From positions 1 through 32,000 of the forward strand of contig JAEOSH010000009.1 in assembly GCA_016840465.1 (NCBI GenBank): a stretch of DNA of 32,000 bases, read 5' to 3'. Every line of letters begins with the position of its first letter. Position 1 is the first letter of the stretch. Below are positions 14,354 through 24,284 of the stretch, one piece after another. The notes below the pieces were generated by a model, which did not search any database, was not told the origin of the DNA, and was given only the letters and a program-made list of their open reading frames with translations. Made by a program: the position numbers and the translations under genes. Source of the DNA: Candidatus Baldrarchaeum yapensis (GTDB lineage: Archaea > Asgardarchaeota > Baldrarchaeia > Baldrarchaeales > Baldrarchaeaceae).

Positions 14354-15616
14354 TTGAACAAGCAAGGCAAGGACAAAGGTTTCTTCGTTCCCTCGGAGAA
14401 ATTGATCAACCGCAACATCATGGTCCTCATAATTGGCTGGATCATCTGGTCCCCCTTCTTCGACGCCGTCCGCTATTACGAGCAGTACTATATGGAGGCA
14501 CTGGGGGCATCCTTTCTGATTATAGGAATGATATATGGGGTCTCACAGTTCATATTAGGCATAGTCAGGATTCCTGGTGGATATATTGCGGATAGATATG
14601 GAAGAAAGAGAATTATCGTAGTGATGACATTTATAATATCACTAAGTTATTTGTTGTATGCGCTTGCACCCATGCTTCCGCCGCCTCGCTGGATTTGGGT
14701 CTTCATAGGGGCTATCATTTCAAATGCGGCACTTATATATCAGCCAGCCCTTAATGCAATTATGGCGGATAGTATCACGCCTAAAAAGAGGGGGATAGGG
14801 TATTCTCTTTTAATGTTCCTCCCACACATTTCAAGCATCCCCGTGTATGCACTGGCGGCCTATTTTGCATACCGATATGGATTTCTCGTGGTGACACAAG
14901 CCCTGTATTTTGCGATCGTGATAGGTGGTCTTATTGCAGGCTTTCTTAGATGGAGGTACCTTGAAGAAACGTTGCCACTGCGGAGGGAAATTAGCGAAAA
15001 CAATGGCATCTTTTCACATTATCGGGATGCGTTTTCGGTGATCTACAAAAGGCTTCTTCCATTGCTAATTGTGTTGACACTCTTTTCTTTATCGATGGGA
15101 GCCTCCACCTATTTCTCGCTCTACGCGGTTTATATGCTCAGGCTTGAGAGGGAGTTTTGGGAAGTCGTTGGACTCACGTCCACAATTGCGATGCTCCTAG
15201 TGATGATTCCAGTCGGGATGCTCATCGATAGGATCGGTAGAAAGAACATGATTTTCGTCTCGAGCGTGATGCTCACTCTTGCGTACGTGATGTTTTTGTC
15301 ATTGAGACCGGGTCACTTTATGCTGAGAGTTCTCGTAATATTATCAATTTCCCTCTTTGCTATTTTTAATACGATGTTCATGACAGCGTCACGTGCACTC
15401 GAGGCAGATCTTGCACCTAGGGAGTATAGGGGCAGAATTTCGGCGATAATGAACCTCATATTTACGATTTCTATGTCAATAAGTGTTTTCATCTATGGGT
15501 ATCTCTTCCAATACGTGAGTATGAGGTTACCTCTCATGGTGTCCGCGGCTTCCGTGTTAATAGCTGCATTGATATCCGCGATTGTACTAAAGGAGCCCAC
15601 AAAGAGAGAATTATAG
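14354..15616 (+). CDS. MFS transporter
   Basis: GYIADRYGRKR and GMLIDRIGRK (MFS motif A in both halves), ~12 TM helices. Confidence 0.92.
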   Translation: MNKQGKDKGFFVPSEKLINRNIMVLIIGWIIWSPFFDAVRYYEQYYMEALGASFLIIGMIYGVSQFILGIVRIPGGYIADRYGRKRIIVVMTFIISLSYLLYALAPMLPPPRWIWVFIGAIISNAALIYQPALNAIMADSITPKKRGIGYSLLMFLPHISSIPVYALAAYFAYRYGFLVVTQALYFAIVIGGLIAGFLRWRYLEETLPLRREISENNGIFSHYRDAFSVIYKRLLPLLIVLTLFSLSMGASTYFSLYAVYMLRLEREFWEVVGLTSTIAMLLVMIPVGMLIDRIGRKNMIFVSSVMLTLAYVMFLSLRPGHFMLRVLVILSISLFAIFNTMFMTASRALEADLAPREYRGRISAIMNLIFTISMSISVFIYGYLFQYVSMRLPLMVSAASVLIAALISAIVLKEPTKREL

Positions 15617-15642
15617 GCAGGGCCAAGTTTGCGGATGTCACC

Positions 15643-17034
15643 CTATTGCTTATCGAATTTCTTCATGAACTCCCTGACTATGTCCTCATATGGGTTTTCG
15701 ACTCTGAGGTCTATAACTCGCTTCCCCTTTCTTCCTATCTCGGGGATAGATCCGATCGGTACGAACTTTATGAAGTTGGGGGTAACGCAAATTCCACCGC
15801 CGAGTTTTTGGGCCAGATCCATTATTATTCTCGGGTCCTCCTTCTCGGACTCTATGTACACTTTCAGTATGTCCGTTACTCCGCGTTCATCCTTCTCTAT
15901 AACGCAGAGGTAGTTCCTGATCTCGGGGTGGGCAAATATTGCTCGATCAATGGCGTACGGACTGGTAAGTGTACCTCTTATCTTTATCAGATCATCTTTT
16001 CGATACTTAGGTGGGAGAACTCTCACGAGAGTCCTTCCACAGGAGCACTCATCGAGGATTACCCTAGAGAGGTCACGAGACCTGAATCTTATGGCCACGG
16101 ACCCCGTTCTCGTCATAGTGGTGTATACGAGTTCTCCCTCTTCCCCCTCTCCCACGGGTTCTCCTGTTTTCGGATCCACAACCTCGACGAGAGTGTGATC
16201 CTCAGGCCAGTGTACACCATTCTTTTCCTCACATTCCGCTCCACTTCCCGCCTCAGTAAGCCCATACCCTATCCTTACCTCGGCTCCCCATCTGTCCTCA
16301 AGTCTCTTCCGCACAGTGTCGGGTAGGGGTTCTCCGAGGGCGTATATGAGGCGTATACTCGACTTTGCCGGATCTTTTCCGGTGACTTCTTCGTAGACAT
16401 ATGAGAGTTTGAGTATGAATTGAGGGATTCCTAAGATGACAGTAGGGTTGAATAGTTCGACTAGCCATACGTGTTGCTTCGCGGTTGGCATTTTACCCGC
16501 AGGTATCACGGTCGCCCCGATCTTTCTCGCTCCCTCGTGCAGGCATATACCAGCGAAGAACATTCCATAAGGCGTTGTATTGTGGATAATGTCCTTTTCT
16601 GTTACACCAATGACTCTGAGGTTTCTCGCCTCAAGACTTGTCTGCACCTCTACGTCATTCGCGGTGAATCCCACGATTGTAGGCAACCCGGTGGTGCCGG
16701 AGGTTGTGTGCCAAACTGCTATTTTATCGTCGCATATTACACCTCTGAAGTCACGCGCATAGTCATCCTTTGACGAGAACGGGAGTTTGGGAAGATCCTC
16801 GACCGTTTTTATATCATCGGGGTGAACTCCCGCCTCTTTAAACTTATAATGGTAAGTTCGTGACTTTTCGTAGGCAAGTTTCACAATGTGACGAAGCCTT
16901 TTGTTCTGAAGTTCTCTCAATTCCTTCCGTGGTATTCGTTCCGCGTACTCCATCAGAACCCCCACATATACGTATTGCATTAATAGATCACCATTATTCG
17001 TATATAAATATTTAAGACATAACATGCGTTTCAA
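15643..17034 (-). CDS. paaK: Phenylacetate-CoA ligase family (ANL adenylate-forming) enzyme
   Basis: P-loop TTSGTTG, ALGEP, YGLTE, IRFRSRDL and DDLIKIRG. The start is probably ATG 16953. The substrate is not established. Confidence 0.85.
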   Translation of the reverse strand: MKRMLCLKYLYTNNGDLLMQYVYVGVLMEYAERIPRKELRELQNKRLRHIVKLAYEKSRTYHYKFKEAGVHPDDIKTVEDLPKLPFSSKDDYARDFRGVICDDKIAVWHTTSGTTGLPTIVGFTANDVEVQTSLEARNLRVIGVTEKDIIHNTTPYGMFFAGICLHEGARKIGATVIPAGKMPTAKQHVWLVELFNPTVILGIPQFILKLSYVYEEVTGKDPAKSSIRLIYALGEPLPDTVRKRLEDRWGAEVRIGYGLTEAGSGAECEEKNGVHWPEDHTLVEVVDPKTGEPVGEGEEGELVYTTMTRTGSVAIRFRSRDLSRVILDECSCGRTLVRVLPPKYRKDDLIKIRGTLTSPYAIDRAIFAHPEIRNYLCVIEKDERGVTDILKVYIESEKEDPRIIMDLAQKLGGGICVTPNFIKFVPIGSIPEIGRKGKRVIDLRVENPYEDIVREFMKKFDKQ

Positions 17035-17127
17035 CGATCATTTTTATTGTAAAATACGTATCTATTCGTAAAAAATGTTCATCCTTGTGCACAAAATTTT
17101 CACTGTTCGTGACCCCATTATCTAAGG

Positions 17128-17589
17128 GTGTGCTTCTTGGCGCGACTTCTCACTACAAATGCGGGCGATAGGAGGGTCAGGGCGGTCGGCAGGGTACTCA
17201 TCTATGGAGATTGTGTCGAGGTCATGTGGCCGGAAATATTCAGGCAAATGTGCAAAGGTAGATTTCCGCTGGCGGTATGCCTAGAGAACGAGCATATGAA
17301 CATTGTGGGCTTCAAGCTTGCGACGATGATAAGGATATGCAAGCCGAAGGAGGTTGTGACCCTCACGATAGATGGATCTCCACATTGTGTGCAACTGCAT
17401 ATGATGGTTGAGGAAGTGCGGAAGTTGCTGAAGGATGAGAATACCGTGTTCAGGTACTTTGTTGTGGAGAAAGGGGATCTCATTGAGGTCGATTCAAGGT
17501 GCGTGAGGACTGCACGCTATCTATCGAAGATAAAAAAATTACTTGAAGTTAGCGACAGGAATAATATCGGGATATCACCTCAAAATTAA
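17128..17589 (+). CDS. Conserved archaeal Cys/His protein, putative metal or Fe-S binding
   Basis: LIYGDC...AVCLENEH...GFKLA...TIDGSPHCVQLH. It lacks a canonical CxxCxxC ferredoxin motif, and the start is uncertain. Confidence 0.7.
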   Translation: MCFLARLLTTNAGDRRVRAVGRVLIYGDCVEVMWPEIFRQMCKGRFPLAVCLENEHMNIVGFKLATMIRICKPKEVVTLTIDGSPHCVQLHMMVEEVRKLLKDENTVFRYFVVEKGDLIEVDSRCVRTARYLSKIKKLLEVSDRNNIGISPQN

Positions 17590-17615
17590 AATGATCGTTA
17601 CGAGGAGATCGTGGT

Positions 17616-18350
17616 GTGGTGATGGGTATGAAAGTGGAACTATTGAGGTACACGGCGGATCCCGAGAGATTGATAGCGGCGGCTGCTAAGTCCTGTGCAT
17701 CTAAGAGAACCACGACAGAGCTGCTGGAGAGATTAAGTGATGAAAAGGTTTCGGAGATCGTAAGAGATGTTGTGGATATGGGGCATCTTTCGGTAATAGA
17801 GCACGCATATTTCACCTTCTCGATAGATGGAATATCTAGGGTTACGACCCACCAACTCGTGAGGCACAGGATTGCTTCGTATAGCCAGCAGAGCCAGCGT
17901 TACGTCACGTTAGACGAGGAGAACTTCGTCATTCCACCGACAATAGAGAAGAAGGAGAAGGCGAAGAACCTTTATTTAGAATTTGTGAGAAAGGCCAAGG
18001 AGGCATATGAGAAGCTTTTAGAAATGGGAATACCCCCGGAAGATGCAAGATATGTTGTGCCTCAGGGCATAACAACCCATATAACGGTCACTATGAACGC
18101 ACGAGAATTGCTACATTTCTTTAGGCTTAGATGTTGCTATAAGTCGCAGTGGGAAATAAGGAAACTCGCGTGGAAGATGCTAAAAATTGTGCGTGAGATC
18201 GCACCCGTACTCTTTCATAACGCGGGGCCATCTTGCCTTTCAAATGGCAGATGTCCCGAGAAGAAGTTTCCATGTCCAGTGAAGAAGCTTCTGGAGAGAG
18301 GTAAAAAGAGCAGAGAGGAGATAGAGGATTTCCTAGAAAACACGCCCTAA
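17616..18350 (+). CDS. thyX: FAD-dependent thymidylate synthase
   Basis: GHLSVIEH, THQLVRHRIASYSQQSQRY (ThyX motif), EDARYVVP and SQWEIR. Confidence 0.96.
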   Translation: MVMGMKVELLRYTADPERLIAAAAKSCASKRTTTELLERLSDEKVSEIVRDVVDMGHLSVIEHAYFTFSIDGISRVTTHQLVRHRIASYSQQSQRYVTLDEENFVIPPTIEKKEKAKNLYLEFVRKAKEAYEKLLEMGIPPEDARYVVPQGITTHITVTMNARELLHFFRLRCCYKSQWEIRKLAWKMLKIVREIAPVLFHNAGPSCLSNGRCPEKKFPCPVKKLLERGKKSREEIEDFLENTP

Positions 18351-18445
18351 TTTTTTCCCTTTAAGCATCCACTCCTCCTTCTCACTCGTTTACATTAATG
18401 TATACGCTTAAATCGTAGACGATCTTCATCTACATGGTGTAGGTT

Positions 18446-18667
18446 ATGAAGGTTGTGCTAAGCATTCGAATAGATAAGGAGCTGAAAGAGGCGATGGAGA
18501 AAATCCCTATCAACTGGAGGGAAGAGATCGAGAATTTCATAAGAAGCAAGGTCAGAGACTATCTTAAGAGGAAATTTCTGGAGGAGGCACGAGTTATCAG
18601 GAGTAAGATCCCCGAACTTGAGATTTCTCATGCAACACTGATAAGAGAGGATAGGGATGCCAGATAG
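18446..18667 (+). CDS. vapB: RHH/CopG-type antitoxin (VapB-like)
   Basis: MKVVLSIRIDKELKEAME, 73 aa; overlaps the downstream PIN gene by 11 nt. Confidence 0.8.
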   Translation: MKVVLSIRIDKELKEAMEKIPINWREEIENFIRSKVRDYLKRKFLEEARVIRSKIPELEISHATLIREDRDAR

Positions 18668-19121
18668 AGGGGTTGTTTTGGATTCTTCGGTGATAGCGGC
18701 ATTATTTTTCCCGGAGCCTTTTAGCGCATGGGCCGAGACTGTGATTGAGAATTTTGAGGAATTTTTCACGGCGGACATAGCAGTTGCTGAGGTGTGCAAC
18801 GTTGCCTGGAAAAGGATTCATCTTTTCAAACACCCGAAGGAGAAAGTTATCGATGCGCTCGAAAAGGCCATAAATTTCATAGAGGGAATCTGCCATATCG
18901 TGAAGGCTTCCGATGAGTACCGCAATGCAATCGACATTGCAATAAGAACTGGGATCACTTTTTACGATGCACTCTTTTTGAACATATCTGTTCAGAAGGG
19001 ATTGAAACTTGCAACTCTCGACAAAAAGCTTGTGGGGAGGCTTAAGGACTCAAATTACGAGGATAAACTTCTGCACCCATACATTTCGTCAAGTGCCATT
19101 GGAAAATCCCGGAAGCGATAA
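18657..19121 (+). CDS. vapC: PIN-domain toxin (VapC)
   Basis: VVLDSSV, AEVCN, ITFYDALF and LATLD carry the PIN acidic residues. Confidence 0.9.
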   Translation: MPDRGVVLDSSVIAALFFPEPFSAWAETVIENFEEFFTADIAVAEVCNVAWKRIHLFKHPKEKVIDALEKAINFIEGICHIVKASDEYRNAIDIAIRTGITFYDALFLNISVQKGLKLATLDKKLVGRLKDSNYEDKLLHPYISSSAIGKSRKR

Positions 19122-19246
19122 CATTAGGCTGTCGATTGCTACTAATTGCTGTAACTGGCAATTCCATTTAATCCGTGGTATACGAGTGACTTGTTGCGGA
19201 AAATTTTAGAGTTTATGAGTTCCTCTCAGTTGTTGAGGAGACCTTT

Positions 19247-20119
19247 ATGTCAGGGATATCCTCTGCCGTTGCTGTTATGTTCCCGGTGATAGCTGTTGTG
19301 GGAAGGAAGAATTCTGGGAAGACAACACTAATAGAGAGACTGACAAGCAACCTGACGCGGATGGGATTTCGTGTTGCAACAGCAAAGCACGTCAGTATAC
19401 CTAACTTTTCGATTGATCGTAAGGGAACCGATACATGGCGGCATGGAGAGGCTGGGGCGAATCCTGTCATATGCGTATCAGACGTTGAAATTTGCAGAAT
19501 AGAGAGGGGAGTCTTCCAAAACCCGCTGAATCGCGTATTATCCCTAGTTCCCGCCGATATCGACTTATTACTGCTTGAGGGGTTCTATCGATGGATTGCT
19601 GACAATGAAAACATAGCAAAAATAGTATGCGTAAGGACTGCTGAAGAGTATGAGGAATACAGGTCCTCATGTAAAAATGTTTTGCTGTTCTGCTCAAGGA
19701 AGTCTCTAGACGGAGTGAGTAATATTATTAACATTGATGAGGAGTTCGAGCCCGTTGTTAGGAAAGTCATCGAGTACGTAGAGGAGTTTCAAGCAATAAA
19801 GAGCGTGCTTGAGAAATTGCCTCGGCTCAACTGTAAGAAGTGTGGAAGGGCGTCGTGCATGGAGATGGCGAGAGAGATAGTGAAAGGAACTGCGAGTTTC
19901 TCGGACTGCGTCGTGCTTTCGGAGGAACCCAAAGTGTTACTGAGGGTGGGAAATGTCAACATACCCCTACAGCCCTTCGTTATGGAAATCATTAGGAGGA
20001 CAATCCTAGGAATGATTTCGACGTTGAAGGGGGTGAAGATAAGGGGAGATGAGAGAATACGTCTAGAGGTATTAAGTTGGGAGGGAGAACATGAGCAACG
20101 TGAAGATGAAGGGATTTAA
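19247..20119 (+). CDS. mobB: Molybdopterin-guanine dinucleotide biosynthesis protein B with C-terminal Fe-S domain
   Basis: GRKNSGKTT, ATAKH, GTDTWRH, LLLEGF and CKKCGRASC...C. The start is possibly ATG 19277. Confidence 0.9.
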   Translation: MSGISSAVAVMFPVIAVVGRKNSGKTTLIERLTSNLTRMGFRVATAKHVSIPNFSIDRKGTDTWRHGEAGANPVICVSDVEICRIERGVFQNPLNRVLSLVPADIDLLLLEGFYRWIADNENIAKIVCVRTAEEYEEYRSSCKNVLLFCSRKSLDGVSNIINIDEEFEPVVRKVIEYVEEFQAIKSVLEKLPRLNCKKCGRASCMEMAREIVKGTASFSDCVVLSEEPKVLLRVGNVNIPLQPFVMEIIRRTILGMISTLKGVKIRGDERIRLEVLSWEGEHEQREDEGI

Positions 20120-21395
20120 GAGACTTGAAAGAGCAGATAATGCGCTTTCTAAGTACTTAAAGGCGCTAAAGATCAAGGTGATCGATGCGGAAAATGTGAT
20201 GTTGGAGGATGCTCTCGGCAGGGTTTTAGCAGAGGATGTTGTAGCTCCCATAGATATTCCATCTTTTGATAGGGCGGCAATGGACGGGTACGCGGTTAGA
20301 TCTTCGGATGTAAGAGGTGCATCGCCAAACAATCCAGTAATATTGAAAATAATTGGCGAAGCGTCAGCGGGGAAGGCATTTAAGGGTCGTTTAGGGAAAG
20401 GAGAAACTGTAAGGATAAGTACGGGTGCACCTATGCCCGAAGGGGCAGACGCGGTTGTCATGCTCGAATATGCCGAGGAGAAAGACGGATATGTTGAAGT
20501 AATAAAGGAGGCAGTTCCAGGAGAGAATGTTTCCGAGAAGGGAGAGGACGTGCGCGCTGGAGAGGTAGTACTTGAGGAGGGGACTATTCTTGAACCTCAG
20601 GATTTAGCCATCTTAGCATCTTTGGGTATTAAGAAAGTTAAAGTTCGTAGAAGACCAAGGGTTTTCGTAATGGCCTGCGGCAACGAACTCGTCGATCTGG
20701 TGCATGCACAGTTACCGCTTCCTCCCGGGAAAATCGTAGAAACTAACCGTCTCATGATAATGTCCTCATTGAAGAAAATTGGCGCCGAACCAATAGATGG
20801 AGGAATAGTCGGAGACGATATTAGTGAAATTATGGCGGCTATTTCATCTGGACTTAAGATTGCGGATGCCGTTGTAATTTCTGGGGGCACCAGCGTAGGG
20901 AAGGGGGATGTGGTTCCTGATGCAATTTTATCCCTTGGAGGAAAAATTATAGTGCATGGAGTAGCCATTAGCCCCGGAAAGCCCGTCGCACTATGCGAAG
21001 TTAAAGGAAAACCGGTAATTTGCCTACCGGGATATCCAGTAGCGGCCTTCATAGGATTTCTTTTGTTTGTAAGACCGCTGATCGATAAACTTCTAAGGAT
21101 TCGGGGAATAAGGATGGAGAAGAAAATAAATGCCGTCCTTTCGAAGAGAGTTCCGTCTAAGACCGGGATAATGGAATTTGTCAGGGTATCCCTTGTTGAG
21201 AGCACAGATGGGTTGATAGCCGAGCCTATCAGAATCACCGGAGCAGGGGTGCTCTCGAGTTTGAGCAAAGCGGATGGTTTCCTCGTAGTGCCCGAGGATG
21301 TTGAGGGCTTCGAAGCTGGTAGTAACGTGGAGGTGGTGGCTTTAAGGGATCATTTGAGGAGGATGAGAAAGGGTGGAAAGGAGGAAGATATTTAA
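20091..21395 (+). CDS. moeA: Molybdopterin molybdenumtransferase (gephyrin-like)
   Basis: AMDGYAVR, ISTGAPMPEGADAVVMLE, SGGTSVG and PGKP. Confidence 0.95.
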   Translation: MSNVKMKGFKRLERADNALSKYLKALKIKVIDAENVMLEDALGRVLAEDVVAPIDIPSFDRAAMDGYAVRSSDVRGASPNNPVILKIIGEASAGKAFKGRLGKGETVRISTGAPMPEGADAVVMLEYAEEKDGYVEVIKEAVPGENVSEKGEDVRAGEVVLEEGTILEPQDLAILASLGIKKVKVRRRPRVFVMACGNELVDLVHAQLPLPPGKIVETNRLMIMSSLKKIGAEPIDGGIVGDDISEIMAAISSGLKIADAVVISGGTSVGKGDVVPDAILSLGGKIIVHGVAISPGKPVALCEVKGKPVICLPGYPVAAFIGFLLFVRPLIDKLLRIRGIRMEKKINAVLSKRVPSKTGIMEFVRVSLVESTDGLIAEPIRITGAGVLSSLSKADGFLVVPEDVEGFEAGSNVEVVALRDHLRRMRKGGKEEDI

Positions 21396-23358
21396 AACTC
21401 TCGTAACCCTCGAGGAGGCAATTAATAGGCTTTATGAACATTTTTCTCCTAGACCGGTCGGTGTGGAGGATGTGCGGCTGGAGGAGGCACTGGGGAGAGT
21501 TCTGGCAGAGGATGTATACTCTAACGTGGATGTGCCGCCTTTTGACAGAGCGGCGATGGACGGGTATGCCGTTAGAGCTGAAGATACTTACCGCGCGAGA
21601 GAAGACCGTCCGGTGAAACTTAGGATTGTTGGAAGAATAAAGGCCGGTGAGGTTCCTAGTATTTACGTTAACAGAGGGGAGGCTACAGAAATAAGTACTG
21701 GCGCACCGATGCCCGGTGGCGCAAACGCGGTCGTGATGGTGGAGAACACGGAAGAAAAAGATGGATATGTTTACATTTACAAACCTGTAGCCCCGATGGA
21801 GAACGTGCAGCCAACGGGATCCGACATAATGATGGGAGAGATGGTACTTAGAAAGGGGCAACTTTTAACACCGAGGGAATTGGGAGTACTGGCTGCAATT
21901 GGACGTACTCGTGTTGTGGTGTATAGGAGACCTAAGGTCGCGGTTTTCAGCATAGGCGATGAGATCGTGAGTCCGGGTTCAAGGCTTGAGCCAGGAAAAA
22001 TATTCGATATAAATGCTACAACCATATGCGCCGCGGTTCGTGAGTGCGGCGGCGATCCTTTGTTCTTGGGAATCGCTCATGATGATGCTGACGAAATAAT
22101 TACGAAAATACGAGAGGGATTGAGAATTGCCGATATCGTGATATCTTCCGGGAGCACTTCTGCTGGCGTTAAAGATATCCTTTATGAGATTGTGGGAAAA
22201 CTTGGATCGCCCGGTATACTGGTCCACGGAATAAAACTGAAGCCCGGCAAGCCCACCCTTATTGGTGTGATAGACGGCAAGCCATATTTCGGGCTTCCAG
22301 GTTATCCGACTTCGGCGCTCATGATATTCTGGCAGGTTGTTGCCCCAGTAATAAGGAAAATGTGCGGCCTGAGAGAAGAAGAAAGATTGTCCGTAAGAGC
22401 AAGGCTAAGCTATAAGGTGTACCCACAACGTGGGAGACGAAACCTTATTCCAGTTTCTCTTGTGAGTAGAAATGGAGAGTTGATAGCTGTACCCACACCC
22501 GGTGGTTCCGGGTCCATCACAGCATTGGCAAATGCGGACGGCTATATGGACATCCCAGAGGGCGTTGAGTACCTAGATCCTGGTGAGACCGTAAATGTTA
22601 AGATGTTCTCAAGTATAATAACCGCGCCGGATCTCGTCATTATAGGGAGCAACTGCGCCGGCATAGGGCTGATTCTGGAACTTATTACCGAAATGTACGA
22701 ATTTTTGAATATCAGAGTTCTTAATGTCGGGTCCATGGGTGGAATTATGGCTATAAAGCGGGGAGAGGCGGATATCGCGGGTATTCATCTGCTCGATGAG
22801 GATACTGGCGATTACAACATTCCGGTGGTCGAGAGGTACGGATTGCGCGGGAAAGCGGTACTTGTGAGAGGATACGTTAGGGAGCAGGGAATAGTTGTGC
22901 AGGCAGGCAACCCTAAGGGTATAAGAGGAATAGAGGACTTTGTTGATAAAAGTATTAGAATCATAAACAGAAATGTGGGGTCGGGAACTCGTGTGTTGCT
23001 GGATTCCTATTTAAAGAAGTTAGCGGCTACGCGGGGAGAAGACTTCGATGAAATGATTAAGAAAATCGATGGATACCACGTAGAGGCGAAAACCCATAGC
23101 GCGGTTGCGTCAGCAATAAAAATGGGGAGGGCTGATGCCGGGCTTGCGATAAGATTCTTTGCGGAGCGGTACGGTCTCGGCTTTATTCCCCTAAGGGAGG
23201 AGCATTTCGACTTCTTGATCTCTAGGGACTCGCTGAGCAAGCCCGCTGTCCAAGCCTTCATTAATGTGTTACGAAGTGAGCGGTTTCATGAGGAATTGGC
23301 ACGAAGGTTTCCGGGACTCCGAGCAACGAGGGACACCGGGAAGATTATCTGGCAGTGA
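21373..23358 (+). CDS. moeA: MoeA fused to a C-terminal periplasmic-binding-protein-like domain
   Basis: The same MoeA motifs plus GSMGG...EADIAGIHL, NRNVGSGTR and THSAVASAI in the PBP domain. Confidence 0.93.
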   Translation: MERRKIFKTLVTLEEAINRLYEHFSPRPVGVEDVRLEEALGRVLAEDVYSNVDVPPFDRAAMDGYAVRAEDTYRAREDRPVKLRIVGRIKAGEVPSIYVNRGEATEISTGAPMPGGANAVVMVENTEEKDGYVYIYKPVAPMENVQPTGSDIMMGEMVLRKGQLLTPRELGVLAAIGRTRVVVYRRPKVAVFSIGDEIVSPGSRLEPGKIFDINATTICAAVRECGGDPLFLGIAHDDADEIITKIREGLRIADIVISSGSTSAGVKDILYEIVGKLGSPGILVHGIKLKPGKPTLIGVIDGKPYFGLPGYPTSALMIFWQVVAPVIRKMCGLREEERLSVRARLSYKVYPQRGRRNLIPVSLVSRNGELIAVPTPGGSGSITALANADGYMDIPEGVEYLDPGETVNVKMFSSIITAPDLVIIGSNCAGIGLILELITEMYEFLNIRVLNVGSMGGIMAIKRGEADIAGIHLLDEDTGDYNIPVVERYGLRGKAVLVRGYVREQGIVVQAGNPKGIRGIEDFVDKSIRIINRNVGSGTRVLLDSYLKKLAATRGEDFDEMIKKIDGYHVEAKTHSAVASAIKMGRADAGLAIRFFAERYGLGFIPLREEHFDFLISRDSLSKPAVQAFINVLRSERFHEELARRFPGLRATRDTGKIIWQ

Positions 23359-23361
23359 TCG

Positions 23362-24255
23362 TCAGGCCAGTAAGGACTCCTTTAAGGCCCTCTCTATTCC
23401 CTCTTTCAGTCTTTCTAGAGTTTCTCGAACCGGTAATGCGCCAATTCCTTTGTCTACGGTGAAAGGAACCCATATCGGCAGAACCTTTGCAGGCATTTTA
23501 CGAATCCGCGCCTCCCTTATCAATCCTCCCTTTTGTAACACGACCGGGTTGAATCGTACGTCTATGACTCCGTCGACTATGCAATCGAGTAGCAGGTCGA
23601 ACTCCCGTGAGAGCCCTGGCATCACAGATGCGAAGACGGGAACCCACAGTTCTTTTACGATTGTAGATCTTATTCTTCTTATGAAATCCAGCAGACTTGT
23701 TTGGCTCATCGTTACCATGAGTTCAGTCAGCGAGTCTATTATCACGGCACCTTGCCCTATCATCCCCATATTTTCAACTGAGCTGTAGATCACAGAGTAA
23801 AGTTCGCTGGGATCACCTGGAGTTTTGAGTACGCGCATTACCTCCCTGAATTTCTTGTAAATTTCCTTAACCCTCCCGTGCATCTTTTCGACGATCCACT
23901 CATGTGCCACCCTGGTGCTGAAGCCGTCTATGAAAACTATTTTCTTCCTTTCTATGTGTTCTGTTATGTCCCACTCCATTGATAGGAATCTCTGTATCAG
24001 GGATAGAGGCGTCTGCCCAAAAACTACCATCACAACGGGTTCTCCGCGTTCGAGCGTTCTAAAGGCCAATTCGGTCATCATTGTTGTCTTTCCAGTCCCA
24101 GGTTCTCCTTTGATCACAACGAAAACATTTCGGGGGAAACCATCGGGCATAAGCGCATCGAGCAGTTTCATTCCGAGTTTTATTCTCTCGACCATCAACA
24201 CGACCCCTTCCTTTACAACCCTGCTGCATTGGTCAAACAATATATATTTGCTCAA
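23362..24255 (-). CDS. Single-domain KaiC/RAD55-family ATPase
   Basis: LDALMPDGFPR, Walker A GEPGTGKT, Walker B IIDS and DGVIDV. The start is probably ATG 24195. Confidence 0.88.
   Translation of the reverse strand: MSKYILFDQCSRVVKEGVVLMVERIKLGMKLLDALMPDGFPRNVFVVIKGEPGTGKTTMMTELAFRTLERGEPVVMVVFGQTPLSLIQRFLSMEWDITEHIERKKIVFIDGFSTRVAHEWIVEKMHGRVKEIYKKFREVMRVLKTPGDPSELYSVIYSSVENMGMIGQGAVIIDSLTELMVTMSQTSLLDFIRRIRSTIVKELWVPVFASVMPGLSREFDLLLDCIVDGVIDVRFNPVVLQKGGLIREARIRKMPAKVLPIWVPFTVDKGIGALPVRETLERLKEGIERALKESLLA
24239..24248. promoter_or_regulatory. Palindromic TATA-like element between divergent genes
   Basis: AATATATATT is self-complementary and lies ~44 nt from ATG 24195 (-) and ~37 nt from GTG 24285 (+). 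Confidence 0.4.
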
Positions 24256-24284
24256 GCCTCAAATCTAAGTATCTTGATACAAGG

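Noticed and set aside
13581-16773. Long antisense ORFs (e.g. 13581-14063, 15646-16326; also 20597-21268, 21235-21861 and 2763-3338 elsewhere)
   Set aside because: They are shadow frames of well-supported genes, with no domain signal.
18446-19121. vapBC as a marker of an integrated element
   Set aside because: It is flanked by thyX and mobB, with no integrase, att repeats or other cargo.
23362-24255. Circadian KaiC clock
   Set aside because: It has a single ATPase domain, and there is no kaiA or kaiB in the window.
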